The position numbers and the translations under genes are program-made. Positions 28,811 through 45,507 of a stretch of DNA of 64,000 nt are shown piece by piece. Each line of letters starts with the position of its first letter. The first letter of the stretch is position 1. The DNA is taken from NCBI RefSeq assembly GCF_009914755.1, contig NC_060939.1. One strand, 5' to 3'. Source of the DNA: the human T2T-CHM13v2.0 reference genome, Homo sapiens. The notes beneath the pieces were generated by a model. It searched no databases. It was not told the origin of the DNA and saw nothing but the letters and a program-made list of their open reading frames with translations.

Positions 28811-30104
28811 ATGAAGAGGAGGCGATGTGGAGGGGCCCCCTGGGCAGGGGGCAGCGAGGCCGCTCATGGCACAACCTCGGAAACAGCAGGAGCAGTTGGT
28901 CCAGCCACAGAGCTCCGGCCCAGCCTGGATGCAGGACGGGGAACTTGTTTAAAACAGGCTGACACCATCGGGCCTGTACCCTCAGAGACGAGCCTCCCAA
29001 TCAAGATGAGATCATCTCAACAGGCTGGAATGCTAACTTTTAAAGCGAACAGATGAATTTATCAGTCTTACAAATGTTCCGCAATTTGGTACCACAATTC
29101 ATTAACTGCCATGAGCTGTAGGACACAGTGGAAAGGAAAAAAGCATGGGGCTTTAGAGGAGGAGCAGCCCCTTCACCTGAGGCAGTGACGATGCGGTTGG
29201 GAGCTGCCCAGGCCATAGTGGAAACCACCCAATGTCTGCCCCCGATATAACCCCCACTCAGCACTGGTGCCATGTCCAAAGTGACAAGATGCCCAGAAGC
29301 CACCAGATGAAAACTGGGTGACCAGCCTTCAAATGTGCAAGCAGAAAAAAGAGCTATGCAGGGAATGGGGTGCAGAAGTGGTTTTCTCCATTTGCAGAAC
29401 TTCAATGTTGGAAGGGAAGTAAGGACATTTCTTGGTTCTCCAGGAAGAGCCAGGCAAACAGAATCATTGTCCAAAAATAGATTTGGCTCTAGTTAAAGCT
29501 GCCTGACAACTGAGCCACGTGACACTGCAAGCTCCCCATCCCCAGCTCAGGGAAACGGAGTGCCCACACATCAGAAATGCCACTGAAGGACTGTGCACTC
29601 TGCAGAGGATTGACTTAAGTGGACCATAAACACCTTCTGATACCCTACAGTAAAAGAGTAACAGTGATGAAAATAACAACTTCCATTTGCTAAGTCCTGA
29701 CCGCAGCCAGGCAATCCTGGATGTACTCTAAAGGCTTCCTGACTCTGAGTCTTTGATTCTCGAATTGTATGGTCCATTATAAATACAATCAACAATCAAA
29801 CCCCAACATAAAGATATTTAACATAAATCATTAGTTCTTTGGGATGACAGTTATAAATAATTTTTATAATTCTTTAAAAGGAAGAGTCTATCAAGTTTAT
29901 AATAAAAATTGCCTAACACTAACATTTAATTAGTCCTAATACCTGACCGACTTCTTCTTTCGAGACATCAGGGTATACCTAACAATGTTCAGATTTGATA
30001 AGGTCTCGAGGAAGCAGGTAGCTCCTTTGTTTGTGGCCTGAGATCTGGCATTGCTGAAGCTAGATTGGGCCAGGCCTGGCTCTGCCAAATACTGATGAAC
30101 TGCC

Positions 30105-31400
30105 AGGTTCATTCATTTATCCAACAAATATTTACTGAGTGCCAGTTATGTACCAGGTGCTGTTCTCTGTACCGGCAGAGAGGGCAACCAGCCCCTGAAG
30201 CTGGAAGCATATGGTTTGAGGATCAGGAAAACCAAGATGATGGCATGATGGAGCGAGGCATGAGTTCAGCAGGAAGGGCCAGTGAGAGCAGCTCCGAGCA
30301 ACAGTGCCTCAAAGGGCAGGTTAAAGAAGAAAGGAGGGGAGAGCAAGAAAGCAGTCAGAGAGACTACACAAGAGAACAATGATGTCTGCTTTATGTTTCT
30401 GTCATGGTCACTCTGGCTGCTGGGTGGAGATGGTCAGCAGAGAAGCAGGAAAGACAGAAAAGAGACCAGCCAGCAAGGTAGACACTGCAGCCCCCAGGAG
30501 AGAGCCCAGGAGAGGACGCTGCAGCCCCCAGGGGAGGACACTGCTGCACCCAGGGGAGGGCCCAGGTGAGGATGCTGATGGCCCCAGGGGAGGGTCCAGG
30601 GGAGGATGCTGCAGCCCCCTGGGAAGAGCCGAGGAGAGGACGCTGCACCCCCAAGGGAGAGCCCAGGGGAGGATGCTGCAGCCCCCAGGGGAGAGCCCAG
30701 GGGAGGATGCTGCAGCCCCCAGGGTAGGGCCCAGGGGAGGATGCTGCAGCCCCCAGGGGAGGGCCCAGGGGAGGATGCTGCAGCCCCCAGGGGAGGGCCC
30801 GGGGAGGATGCTGATGGCCCCAGGGGAGGGCCCAGGGGTGGATGCTGCAGCCCCCAGGGGAGGGCCCAGGAGAGGACGCTGCAGCCCCCAGGGGAGGGCC
30901 CAGGAGAGGACGCTGCAGCCCCCAGGGGAGGGCCCAGGGGAGGATGCTGCAGCCCCCAGGGGAGGGCCCAGGGGAGGATGCTGCAGCCCCCAGGGAAGGG
31001 CCCAGGGGAAGATGCTGCAGCCCCCAGGGTAGGGCCCAGGGGAGGATGCTGCAGCCCCCAGGGGAGGGCCCAGGGGAGGATGCTGCAGCCTCCAGGGGAG
31101 GGCCCGGGGAGGATGCTGATGGCCCCAGGGGAGGGCCCAGGGGTGGATGCTGATGGCCCCAGGGGAGGGCCCAGGGGAGGATGCTGATGGCCCCAGGGGA
31201 GGGCCCAGGGGAGGATGCTGCAGCCCCCAAGTAAAACTGGAGCTCCTCCAGAGGAACAGCAGCAGGGGTGGAGGGAGGGAAACCAGCCTGGGTGTGTCCT
31301 GCGGCAAAGCGATGGGCAGGGCTAAAGGAAAAGGAGAAATCGAGATGCCTCTCAGGCTATTGGAGTGAACAATGGACAAGAAAGGAAGCCATGTTTTAAA
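30105..31400. mobile_element. L2 LINE remnant hosting a VNTR
   Basis: ttcattcatttatccaacaaatatttactgagtgcc is the L2 3' end; cactctggctgctgggtggaga. Confidence 0.65.
30482..31229. repeat. GC-rich minisatellite (VNTR), 34-bp unit, ~22 copies
   Basis: Unit GGGGAGGATGCTGCAGCCCCCAGGGGAGGGCCCA with GATGG and AGAGGAC variants. Confidence 0.95.
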
Positions 31401-32432
31401 GATGTGCTTAGGTAGTGTTCCACCCAAAGTTCAAATCCAAGTCACTGCCAAAATGCAAAATGCAAACTGCCAGACTTGTGGTCTGTTCATCTATCAGTAA
31501 ACAGGGATGAATAAAGGCAGAACATGCCTGTTCCCTTCAGAAACTAAATGGCTAGAATAAAGTACTGTTCCATTTCCAGGGTGGCTCAGCTAAAACGCCA
31601 AGGAAACGGCCACCTGAGTGTTCGATGGGAACACAGTGTGAGATGCAGGTTAAGAGGATGCTTTTGAAGGCTGCAGTGCTTTGTGGTTGGGCTGTCCTAG
31701 TTATAGGCCCTTCCAAGGCTGTGTCAAAGAGATTCAATGCACAGAGACCACCCGGTGAAACTACCACATCCCCCTGCTTTCATCACATCACTCCTTAGAG
31801 GAACACACGTTACTCTGAGGAAGTTGAACATCCGTAGCCCAATTAAGACCATCTATGGCCAGGCACAGAAGGCAGTGTCCAGCTCTGTTCCCCTTCCAGA
31901 CTGGCCTTTCTGCAGCATGACTTACCAGCCTTCAATCACACTCTGTTTCTGCTCCCCTGTGCCTAACTTGGGGTACCCACAACCCACTGCCCTTCTCTGT
32001 TATCCACTGGATGAAAGCCACCCAGCAATCATGGCTAGCTCCAGCTCTGCCCCTCCCTGAAGCCTCTTCTGATTGTTCCTGCCTCCAGATGCCAAACAAA
32101 CCGCTGCCTAAAGACCTTGCACCACAGCACAAGGCTCACAGCTCTTTCTCCTGCAAGTGGATGGTACGTGCCAGACAGAACACAAGCTGCTTGAAAGCAA
32201 GATCATCATGCATTGTTTTTATTCCCCCAAAGAACCTAGGACAGTGTTTCCAATACTGGGAGCACCCTCCTTCCAACAGTGATCGACTGTAAAGCCATAA
32301 ATATTTCTAAATGTATACTGAACATAATTAAGAAATTCCAAGACAGCAAATATTCATTTTATAAGCTGGTTCTGGGGGTGGGATCTAACTTGCATCACTA
32401 GACCACCAATGGTACCTAAATGTGAGTGATTA

Positions 32433-32780
<348 letters not shown>

Positions 32781-33186
32781 TTAAACTAATTAAATCTTTA
32801 ATAGTGTCTGAAGTTGCTTTTCAATTATTAATTTGGATGCATTTTTGTTAAACTTCTGAATATGATTTTAAAATATAGTTCTAATCATTAGCCAACACAT
32901 ACATTTTTAACAATTATATGATAATTAAATCTGTTTTGAAACTGTTGAAAATTTTCTTATGTAACCCCAGTTTTCAGGGCTTCAAGCAACTGTGGAGCTA
33001 CAAAAAAAATATATTAATATGATTTTTTAAAAAGTTCTTCCAACGTTAAGGTAACACACACAAAACCTGCACAAAGGCCACCAGAGCAGCCCCATGCAGC
33101 CAAATGCAGTGGCCTTTCTTCCCTAGGGCTCCGGCTCAGGATAAGGCTGGAAGAGCATCTGAGGTGGTTCCACCCCATCCCAATAG

Positions 33187-33885
<699 letters not shown>

Positions 33886-36456
33886 TAAATTAATTTTTTT
33901 TTTAAAAGCCTCCCTTCCAGCTCCAAAGGCTACCTTTGAGACAGCCTCCTGGAAGGGACCCAGCAGGTCCCCCGTAAGACTCTGATTAAAGTTGTAAACT
34001 GCCACCTCCATATTTCTATCTATAGTTGAATTTTCTTTACCACTAAAGAAGTACTTTTGTCTCCTTTTCCACATTCAGTGCCCCTGGGTCATCAAAAGTA
34101 AGAGCTAAAAGCACTGATTTTTTGACAAGCAAGCCACAGATTCAATATCATGTATGTTCAACACAGCCTTGAAAACCGCAGAATAGATTTCTTTAAATCA
34201 CTAAAAGGAACCTAAGACAAGATCAAAGAATGGATCCCAAATTAACTGAAAACCTTCACACACATACCACAGACAGTCACGGCGTGTGTGTGAACACGGG
34301 CAGGATCCAGCAAAGCCACTCAAGATTGGCAGAGGGGCTGCTCGGTGCCCCCCACTGCCACGTTTGTTCTATGTGTGGTTGAGCATCCGGAGGGTCCTGA
34401 GGCAGTGCCAGCCCACTGAGGTCACAGGTGAAGCCCACAGGTCCTGGGCCCTGCCAAGGGCTACAGGACACTCATCAATCAGCAGGTGAGAGTACATTTA
34501 CCTGCTTCGTCTCAGGGAGCCTCCTGCCAGCTCCCTTGCAAACTTCATTCACCTCACGCCTCCCTCCTTCCTGCCAAGTTCACCTCTGTTGCAATCCAGG
34601 GCAGGCAAATACTCGTCACTCGGACAACCAGGGCCCATCCTTCACCGCGGCTGCCGCTACTAATCAACCATATGGTCTTTTCCAGGGAAGCCCAGACGCA
34701 CTTCGAAATCCTTCCCAGTCCTACAAACGCTGCCAGAAGCCACAATCAACTGACAAGCATTGGCAGACAAGGTGATGCGTGTGACTCTTCCATAGCATCC
34801 TGACAGTGGCCAGCTCGGGGCTCATGAGCCTGAAGGACGCTCTGCCTTCAAGATGTCTGACATGAGACAGTCCCTCAAAGATATGCTAGCCCTGACAGTG
34901 AGCAGTTCCTCCTTGATTCTCTTCCCAGATTAATTTTTTGTTTAATTGGTAATTAATGTTCATTCCTTAATACCAAGTCACAATTAAAAATTGCTCAAGT
35001 CACAGTCATTTGACAAACGTCATGCCTTGTTTCACATTAGCAACCACTATTACAGGTGATCTCACTACACCAACTCAAAATACTGGCTATGGCTCAAAGT
35101 GACTCTGCTAAGTAAACAGAGGTGGGGCATTGGAATTACTCCACATTTTCCTGCCGACTCCTGAATTCATTAAGCAGAGCTCAGCCCAATGCACTGGTTT
35201 TTTATAGTGCCCCACACAGCCCCAGAGGATCTAGGGGACATTGATGGTCCTGGGTGGGGAGTTGCTAAGTGGAGAGGGTTGTAATGCCTGGGCCCCACCT
35301 TCATCCAGATCAACTCCATTTTCACATACTGAGCTTCCTCATAAGATTTCATTGGTAGAAAAGGCTCCATCACTAAGAGTAAAAACGTTTCCCAACTGTT
35401 GGCTAATGCATTGTGCAGAGAGTGAATGTGCACATAGAAAAAGCTCCAAGAAGGACTTCTGACCACACAGCGGCCCCTCGAGCTGCAGGGGCAGCCAGCA
35501 TGGACTGGGATGTGCTACAAATAGAAAGTGAGGGCACAGGTGGCTGAGAGTAGGCACAGGAGAGAACAGAAAGACAAGCACAGAAAACAGAGAGACCCCG
35601 GGAGGCGCCGGGATAACAGAGAGGCAGAACGGCGGCTACAAAGTGGGAGGAAGGGCTGGCAGATCCCTAGGAATAAAGGGAGTAGCAAAGCTCCAAGCAA
35701 ATGCTCACCAGAGCCCATATGCCCACCATAACCCACACGGCAGCACGGGGGCCAAGGGCCACAAAAGGCAATGCACGCATACACCGGGGTAATACGTAAG
35801 CCCCGCACCCGCCAGTAGGACAGCACACCTCTGGTGCAAAGGCCCTGGGTGTTTCTTTGAAAACAATTAGTCACACTGATCTACAACACATTGTTTCTCA
35901 ATCTTTTTTCTACCTCATGCCTTCTTCTGAAAAAGAAGATTCTGAACAAGCTGCAGGCAGCCCACATGCACACGTGGAGATTTGGGGGCCCTGATCCAGC
36001 AGCCCCGGGAGAATCAGAACCTGCAGTCCACATGCACAACTCTCTGATTCAAGATCAATGCTGACAGTGGTCACCCAAGGAGGAGTGGCCCTGAGGGCTG
36101 GGGTGGAGCAGAGGGTGGAACACAGCAGCACGCGGTGGGGGCCCAGAAGGGCTGGGCCAAGCAACAGGGCAGTGGGCCCCCACAAGCTGGGGAGAGGAGC
36201 ACCCCAAAACAATCTTCCCCCAAGAAATGCAAAGCAGGAATCATCATGAGGCCTCAATGTGCTCATGTTACAGAACAAAGCTCTCCTGATGGTGTTGCCT
36301 TTGTTACCTTGTCTCCAACTCTGGGGACGCTTAAATGCTGAAGCCAGGCCTGTCATGCAATTCACCCAGCATCAGCAGGGACAATTCAGGAAGAGGTGGC
36401 ACCAGGAGGAAAACAGCTCTGGAAGGGCAGGTCTCGATAATCCAAACCCACCTTAA

Positions 36457-36884
<428 letters not shown>

Positions 36885-37006
36885 TATAATCAATTATATT
36901 ATAAGTTATTTTATAAATTAGTGTAATAATACATGTGATATAAATACAAGAATCTCCCTTTTATCCATTTTTTAAAGATTTTAGGTTTAAGCATACAAGT
37001 ACTTAC

Positions 37007-37015
37007 ATTTGACTA
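37007..37015 (-). other. Candidate 9-nt (or 6-nt) microexon
   Basis: Minus strand: ctattttttattctctttctag|TAG^TCAAAT|gtaagta. Confidence 0.35.
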
Positions 37016-38540
37016 CTAGAAAGAGAATAAAAAATAGATTGTAACTATCTGCTGAAGGATGACAAAACAGCCACTGGCTGGTCAGTACACTCAGTCACCA
37101 GAGAAGTCTTCAAAGTAGTCCCAAGAGGCCAGTTAGGAAGGGGGAAAGGAGGCAGGGTAGGTTCTTGAGGGTGGGGGAAGCAGGGGAGGGGCAGCTCACC
37201 AGCACTCACTGTACAGCTGGTTTACCTGTTGGACAGGACGGTGTTTTTCCAGCAATCTCACTTGGGAAAGAAGGAGGAGCAGGTGGCCCAGCTTCACCCT
37301 ATGACAAGTGTGACTTTCTTGCAGCCACACCATACCCAGGCTGCTCCCACCCCCTCCTTTCCCCTCTCTGGCTACAGCTCTGACTAACCCGGGTAACCTG
37401 TCCCTGGGCAGCTGGAATGTGCCCTCTTCTATAGCTGAATGTTGGTGTCTCTTTTCCTGGAAAACCATAACACTTCCAACAAAATAAGGAGGCCACCGAG
37501 GGATGGTGGCAGCTGCAGTTCCCCCCATGTAGAGGATTCCCTGCGGCAATCCAGACCCAGCATGCCTGGATCTTCCAATTCTGCAAAAGAATTCAAAGTC
37601 CATTCTGTACTGTGAACTCTCCCAAGTTTTAAGTGTTATCAAATAAACATTTTTAAACACCGCATGAGCTAAAGAAAACATACCTGGGAGCCGAAGGCCA
37701 CCTGTGGTCTTGGTTTTAGGACCTCTGAACAAAAAGATAGACTTCAGTGCTCAGGGTGAACAGAAAAATATGTTTTTGAAAGAAATAATAACTTGTCAGA
37801 AAGACGTCTACTCTATGTCACGTCAATACCAGGCACAGCAGCGAGGGACCATTGGACACCGGCTGTCCTCAGTTCAAGAAACCGCCTGAGGCTGCTGGCA
37901 AATTGACCTCAGGGCCCCGGCCGCAGCCACGGCCCCATCTCCCGGGCTGAATGCTGCTGCTCTAGCACTCATTCATGACAACGAGGACATCTCAAAGCTA
38001 GGAGGCCCCCGGAGGCTCCAGTTCAACAACATACCCAAGGTCACCCCGTGGGCCACGGCAGTCCGGACTCCCACATCAAGCTGGGCCTCCTGGAAGACAG
38101 CACTGAACCTAGCCATGGATTCTGCAGACAACCTTCAAACCCCCATCTACAGCCTTCAATAGCAAACCCTGAAGCACAGTGCGTGCTGCCCTACCCTATG
38201 ACCTAGTTACAGACGGGCTTGTGACGGTTACTAGGAGTGAGAGCAGAGGCCCTCATTGTATAAAGACCAGTGCCCATCCTGCTACCTCACTGAAATGGAG
38301 GGAGAAAGCCTAAATCACCAAGTTTAGAGTTGGTGGGCGAGAAGAGAGGCTACCTACGGTTCAGGGAAACCAGCAAAGATAAGCCATCCAGGCTGGGGCG
38401 GGGGCCATCCCCACCCTACCCCAAGTCTCAGAAAGGCTGCGCCCGGCGTCAGGGCACCCCTCCTGGGTAGGGGCCCTGAGATGACAGTTCACACAGATCA
38501 GCCCTTCAGAAAACACAGTCATGCTTCTCAAACACATTAA

Positions 38541-38976
<436 letters not shown>

Positions 38977-40849
38977 AAGGTCATTTCTTCGGGGGATCTT
39001 TTGTGTAGATGTCGTATCTTGCTCATTACATATTGATTTTTCCTAGTTTTATTCATAGAAAGAAACCCCATTTTCCCAATGTGGAAGCACCTCCTTATAT
39101 AAGGCAAATGTATGAACATTTTTATCCTGCAGAAACCTGTGTGCCCTACATTGTATGATCCAGAATAGATTCTGGCCCTCCACCATAAAAAGCACATGTT
39201 CACACCAAAGCAAGCAAAGACATGCGGCACTGAGCGAGAGTGTGTGGGAGGGGGTGACAAGAATGGTCTGTGGGACCCCGGACAGCCTTTCTGGGCCCCC
39301 AGTCCTCACTGCACAGATGCCAATAATCACTGCTGCTTCCAAGGGGTGAGCTGGAGACAGAACGCTGAGAGAGTACAGGCTCACAGCAGGCTGCATCTGC
39401 GCACGCTCTTGGTGTCATCACTACTGCTGGCCTGAGCAGGAAGGCCCACCCTGCCACAGCGGTCCCTGCACAGGGCTGAGTCCTGTGACCACAGCCCCAT
39501 TAAAAAATGCTCTGTGCTCCATCCGGCTCCCTTAGCAACCTCACAGGGTCCCAACCTCAGAGCAGGATCTGGAAGGACCGTTCACTCATCGCACCTTGGA
39601 ATGCATTCAACTTGGCGGTGGCCCGAAGCTGACTCCCACCAGGGCAGAGGAAAAAACACAACCCAGTGGGCAAGAGGGGCTGAGGGAGGAGGAGTAGGGG
39701 GCGAGGGGGCAGTGCTGGGCAAAAGGAAGGGGACACCAAGGGCAGACACATCCCTGGATGTCCAAATGGAAAGAAATGAGGAGGAGGAGGAAGGGTCCCT
39801 TGAAGGGCCGTACCATCCCGCAGAGGGGACATGAGGCTGTCCCAGAGAGGGGTATGGGTCCTGAGAAGCTAGTTAGCACCTCTGATGCCAGCCCTAATGT
39901 CCACTCTCCCTGGTCCATGGCACACCCTCTCCAGGCAGGCCTTCCCGAGAGGAGAGACCTCCAGAGAAGCAGGATCTACGGAAGGGCGAGCTGACCCATG
40001 GTGACAGGTCTCCTACTTCCCTGCCCAAGTGGTTGGCATCTGTATCTTGTTCATAGTAAGATCTGCTCATGAGACAAGAGCCACTAAGAAATATTCACAG
40101 ACAAGATGATTGCATTTGGGGAAAATGTGACAGACCTGAAGTGAAAACAAAGGCCAACTTACAAAATGTCAAGAGTCCAACAACCTGAAATGCAAAGCAA
40201 TAATACACACATATACATTTTAGACAGCAAATTATACTCTTCAAAAGGAAACTTTAGCTCTAAATTTTTATAACTAAAATCTGCAATTCTTTTCTATCCC
40301 CCCAAATAACAATGTTTTAACAGGAAACTGGCTATTTACATAACGTGTTCAATAGCGTGGAAAAGCATTTTGTGTATTTTATTATATGTTTATTGTTTCA
40401 GAAGCCACCATAAAGTTGACCACCTGCCACTGCCACCCCATAAAAGGGAAAACGTCTATGTGTAGTTCTATTGGACTCACTGGGAAGCCATTAGCTGACC
40501 CTTCATTATTTTTAGGCTTCTGAGCTAAAGTGGGAGGAGAAAATGACGTTAGAATGCCCGTTCACCAAACAGCTACTCAGTGGCTGCTGCTGCAGACACC
40601 AAGGAGGTCAGCATGGGGCCCACAAAGAGAAAGGACACATCCCTCTTCGTGGTCCAGCCACCAAGGTTTTACCACCACCAGGCAGGGCCAGACCTGGACA
40701 TGCGTCCCCAATACCCCACCTCTGCCCCTGACCACCCTTGTCCTTCCTGGACACTTCTGGACCTGAGGACAGACATTTCCCTCGACTGCAAAGATGAGGC
40801 AGAAATGACACCTGGAAGCAGGGGACGAGTGAGTTTCTCACACTTCCCT

Positions 40850-41545
40850 AGAGTAGAAGCCACAGAGGTACCAAAGTGAGGGCGGAGAAACACCAAGTGC
40901 CAGCAAGGAGCGGCCAAACCTCTCACATGCTGCTGGCGGGAGCAGACAGCGATGCCACCACCCTGGAAAACCGATTGCCAGCCACGACAACAGTTGAACA
41001 CAGGCACACTCCGTGCCCCAGCAATTCCACTCTCCTAGGCATACACCCATCCAAACAGGCGCGTATGCTCACCAAGGCCACGTACGAGAATGTGTCGGCA
41101 GCATTGACTCTAAGACCCGAAACTGGAAACTACCCTAGTGCCATCAACAGCACACTGGTAGGTAAGTGCACTCATACAAGAGAGCACTCTACAGCAATAA
41201 ACATGAATGAACCACTCAACAATACAGATGGCTCTTCACAAACACACTGTTGAAAGTGTAAGAGATCAGACACTAAATAATACATGTTGTATGAATCCAT
41301 TTATATAAAGTTCAAAAGCAAGAAAAATTAATACAGGATGCTAAAAATCAGAAGAAAGGTTCACCTTTGGGGGCAGTAAGTAGAAGGGAGCACAAGGGGG
41401 ACCTTGAGGTACAACTGATGTTCTGCCTTTGGGTGCCGGCTACACAGAGACATTCAGTTTGTAAAAAACATACTGAGCTATACACTCAACTGTTTGTGCA
41501 GTTCTTTGCATGTATGTTAGACTTCAACAAAAAGTGCAAAAAAAA
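40850..41545 (+). mobile_element. L1ME-type 3' fragment
   Basis: cccagcaattccactctcctaggcatatac...tccatttatataaagttcaaaa...tgtatgttagacttcaacaaaaa. Confidence 0.75.
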
Positions 41546-42017
41546 TAAGGGCTGAGGAGAGAAACTGTTGCTAGGAGACAAAGAAATGAAGATTCTGGCT
41601 TTGGTTATTAGCCCTTAGAGCTTGGAGAACTGTGGATACACGCTGAAAGCCCATTAAATTTTTCAAGGAATCTTAGGACCAGAGAAACACCAAACCTGGC
41701 CATCAGTGGTCTCTGGTACTCTGCTACCAATCTCCAGACCTGTGCCTGCAAGACATGGCTGAGAAAAAGCTGCAGGCCTGGAGAGGGGACCCTGTCCATC
41801 TCAGACATGGCCGGGGAAAATGGTCCAGGGAGATCTCTATACAGACCATGCCCACCCCATACACAGGGGAGACTCAAGGCTGTACCCACTTGGGGAGGGG
41901 GTGGGTGTACTTCACGTGGGCATGAGCGTTCCCGAGGTGCACGTGGGTAAGAATGGACTGGATGGCCCTCACTGGTCAATCACTGTCCTGCAAATCACGT
42001 TCTGCTTCCCTCTGTGA

Positions 42018-42442
<425 letters not shown>

Positions 42443-42728
42443 TAACAATATATTTTCTTCAACCCAATACATTAAAAATATTATCCTTTCAATGTGTAAA
42501 CAACATAAAAAATATTCAGATGTTGTACATTCTTTCATGCACCTCAAGTCTTTAAAGTGCGTGTGTGATGTACTTTGGATATTTGTCCCCGCCCAGATTT
42601 CATGTTGAGATATAATCCCTGATGCTGGAGGTGGGGCCTGGTGGGAGGAGTTTGGATCATGGGGGCAGATCCCTCATGGCTTGATGCCGTCTTTGTCATA
42701 TTGAGTTCTTGCACGATCTGGTCATTTA

Positions 42729-43015
<287 letters not shown>

Positions 43016-43028
43016 AAAGTGTGTGGCA

Positions 43029-43522
<494 letters not shown>

Positions 43523-43645
43523 TCAGGTATTTCTTTATAGCGACACAAGAAGGGCCTAATACAGTGGGTGTTTTCCACATACAGCAGCACATCGCAATCA
43601 GCACCAGCCACACATCAGTGCTCCGGAACCAGCTGGACAGCACAA

Positions 43646-44210
43646 CTATGGGAAGGAGTACTTGCTCCCCACTACTCCACCCCTAAGGGCTACTGTGAAT
43701 AGCTTTGGCTGCAATTCTCTCTCTCCCTCCCTCTCTCTCTTTCTCTCTCCCTCCCTCTCTCTCTTTCTGTCTGTCTCACACACACATACACACACACACA
43801 TACATACACACACACACACACACATGCTGGGACCTAGAATAAGCTGTTCTATCCCTCTAGCCACAGAGGTCAAGTCAATGAGAGATCTGCCAGGAATCTT
43901 GCAGAAGAAACAGACACTTTTCCCATTGGGCTGAAGGTGAGAGAAAGGATGTGAGGTCTGGAATTGTAGCAGCTGCTTGAGGCCATGAGGTAGAGGCTGT
44001 CTAGGAATGGAGCCACAGAGAGAGGAGAACAGAGCCCAGGAAGAAAGGAAAAGCAATGTGGTTCTGTGGACATGGCTGGAACCTCTGCATCAACAGATAT
44101 ATCCCCTACTCTTGGATTTTTCAGTCTCATGTGCTAAAAAATTTGCTTGTTCACTACGCAAATTTGGGCTGCACTGATGTGACCTGTTATTAAAATAGTC
44201 CCAGATAATA
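43646..44210 (+). mobile_element. Old MLT1 LTR containing a (CT)n(CA)n microsatellite (43716-43823)
   Basis: ccctactcttggatttttcagt...aaatttgcttgtt motifs; STR seen directly. Confidence 0.55.
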
Positions 44211-44450
44211 CACCTCATTATTCTAATTATCTCTGCTTTTTTTCCCTTCTAGCAACTTTAAAGTTTCATATTGTTGTTGAATTCTTCTTACTGATTCAAG
44301 TTACTAGTATGCTTTTAATAACATGTCTGAATATATCTAAGCCTCAAAACACTGCATTTCTTTTGAAGCTACAATTTCAGTTTTAAGGGCTCATCCTACG
44401 AAAATAACCAGACAAGTGTCCAAAAATGTGTACACAAGACCATTCACTAT

Positions 44451-44487
<37 letters not shown>

Positions 44488-45339
44488 CACAAATGCACAC
44501 TGAGAAATAAGTGGGTGTCCAGTCCTAAGGAGATAGCTTCCCTCTGGCACAGAGGGCCCCCCAGTGGGCAGCGTTCTTTGTTCCCTGCGTGGACAGCACC
44601 CTGGTAGGGCAGGGAGGCCACAGGCTCACTGGAGCACGGTCACAGAAGGACGTGATGCAAAGAAAAAGAGCCGGATGTGGTGGAAGGAAGGGAACATGCA
44701 GAGAGTTAGGCAGGGCATGGGGAGGCAGCATGGGGCCCACTCTCCCATGTCCCAGCAGAGAGGAGGAGCGTCTAGGAGGGGGAGCGGGGGCAGAGCCTGC
44801 CAACCTGGACTGCTGTCAGAGCAAACCTGTGCCAGAGCAAACCTGGTGGACACTGGTTTAGAGGCATTGAACATCCCATTTCCCGGGCCACTCTGACTTT
44901 CCGAAGGTGTGAGTGGGACCCAGAAAACCTCACGGCTGCAGTTGGGGGGTGAGAGTCTGGGAGGTAACAGCTGGGCAATGTGGAGGCGAGACAAGGGGAC
45001 CACCATGGGAAGGAGGTGAGGTGGCCCCCAAGGGCCAGATGGGGGAATGTGTCAAACACTCAGAAATCCTGCAGAGGAACCCAGGGGAACTGAGTCAGCG
45101 AGGGAAAGTCCCTAGACCATACCCCAGCATGGGAGAACAGATGACAGCAGTAAGCAGGTGGAGAAGGAGTGCTGCCTTGGGGGTCCATGGCACCAAAGGA
45201 TGCTGTGCCCAGAGTCTCTGCTCCTCACCCCCAGTGACATCAGACAGCTACACCATCCCTGCTTCCAGATGCCATTCTGAAGACGAGCCTGCAGGGCAGG
45301 CAGAGGCTGAGAAATCTGAGAGGCTCAGCACTACCTATA

Positions 45340-45507
45340 CGGGCACTTCTCAATTAGAAGTGTGCATAGGAATCCCATGGGAATGCCGTTAAAATGCAGA
45401 TCCTGCTACAAAATATCTGGGGGTGGGGCCTGAGACCCTGCATTTCTAACAGACTCCCAGGAGATGCAGAGACTCCTAATGGATGGGCCACACTCAGAGT
45501 AGTAAGG
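45340..45507. mobile_element. MER5-type hAT MITE
   Basis: gttaaaatgcagat...ggggtggggcctgagaccctgcatttctaacagactcccagg. Confidence 0.8.

Noticed and set aside
30482-31229. CRISPR-like regular repeat
   Set aside because: No unique spacers; it is a eukaryotic tandem minisatellite
30379-31427. Long ORFs (193-339 aa) on both strands
   Set aside because: Artefact of the stop-poor 34-bp VNTR; the peptides are periodic
37850-38460. Mild local CpG/GC enrichment
   Set aside because: Too sparse for a CpG island; enhancer function cannot be supported from sequence alone
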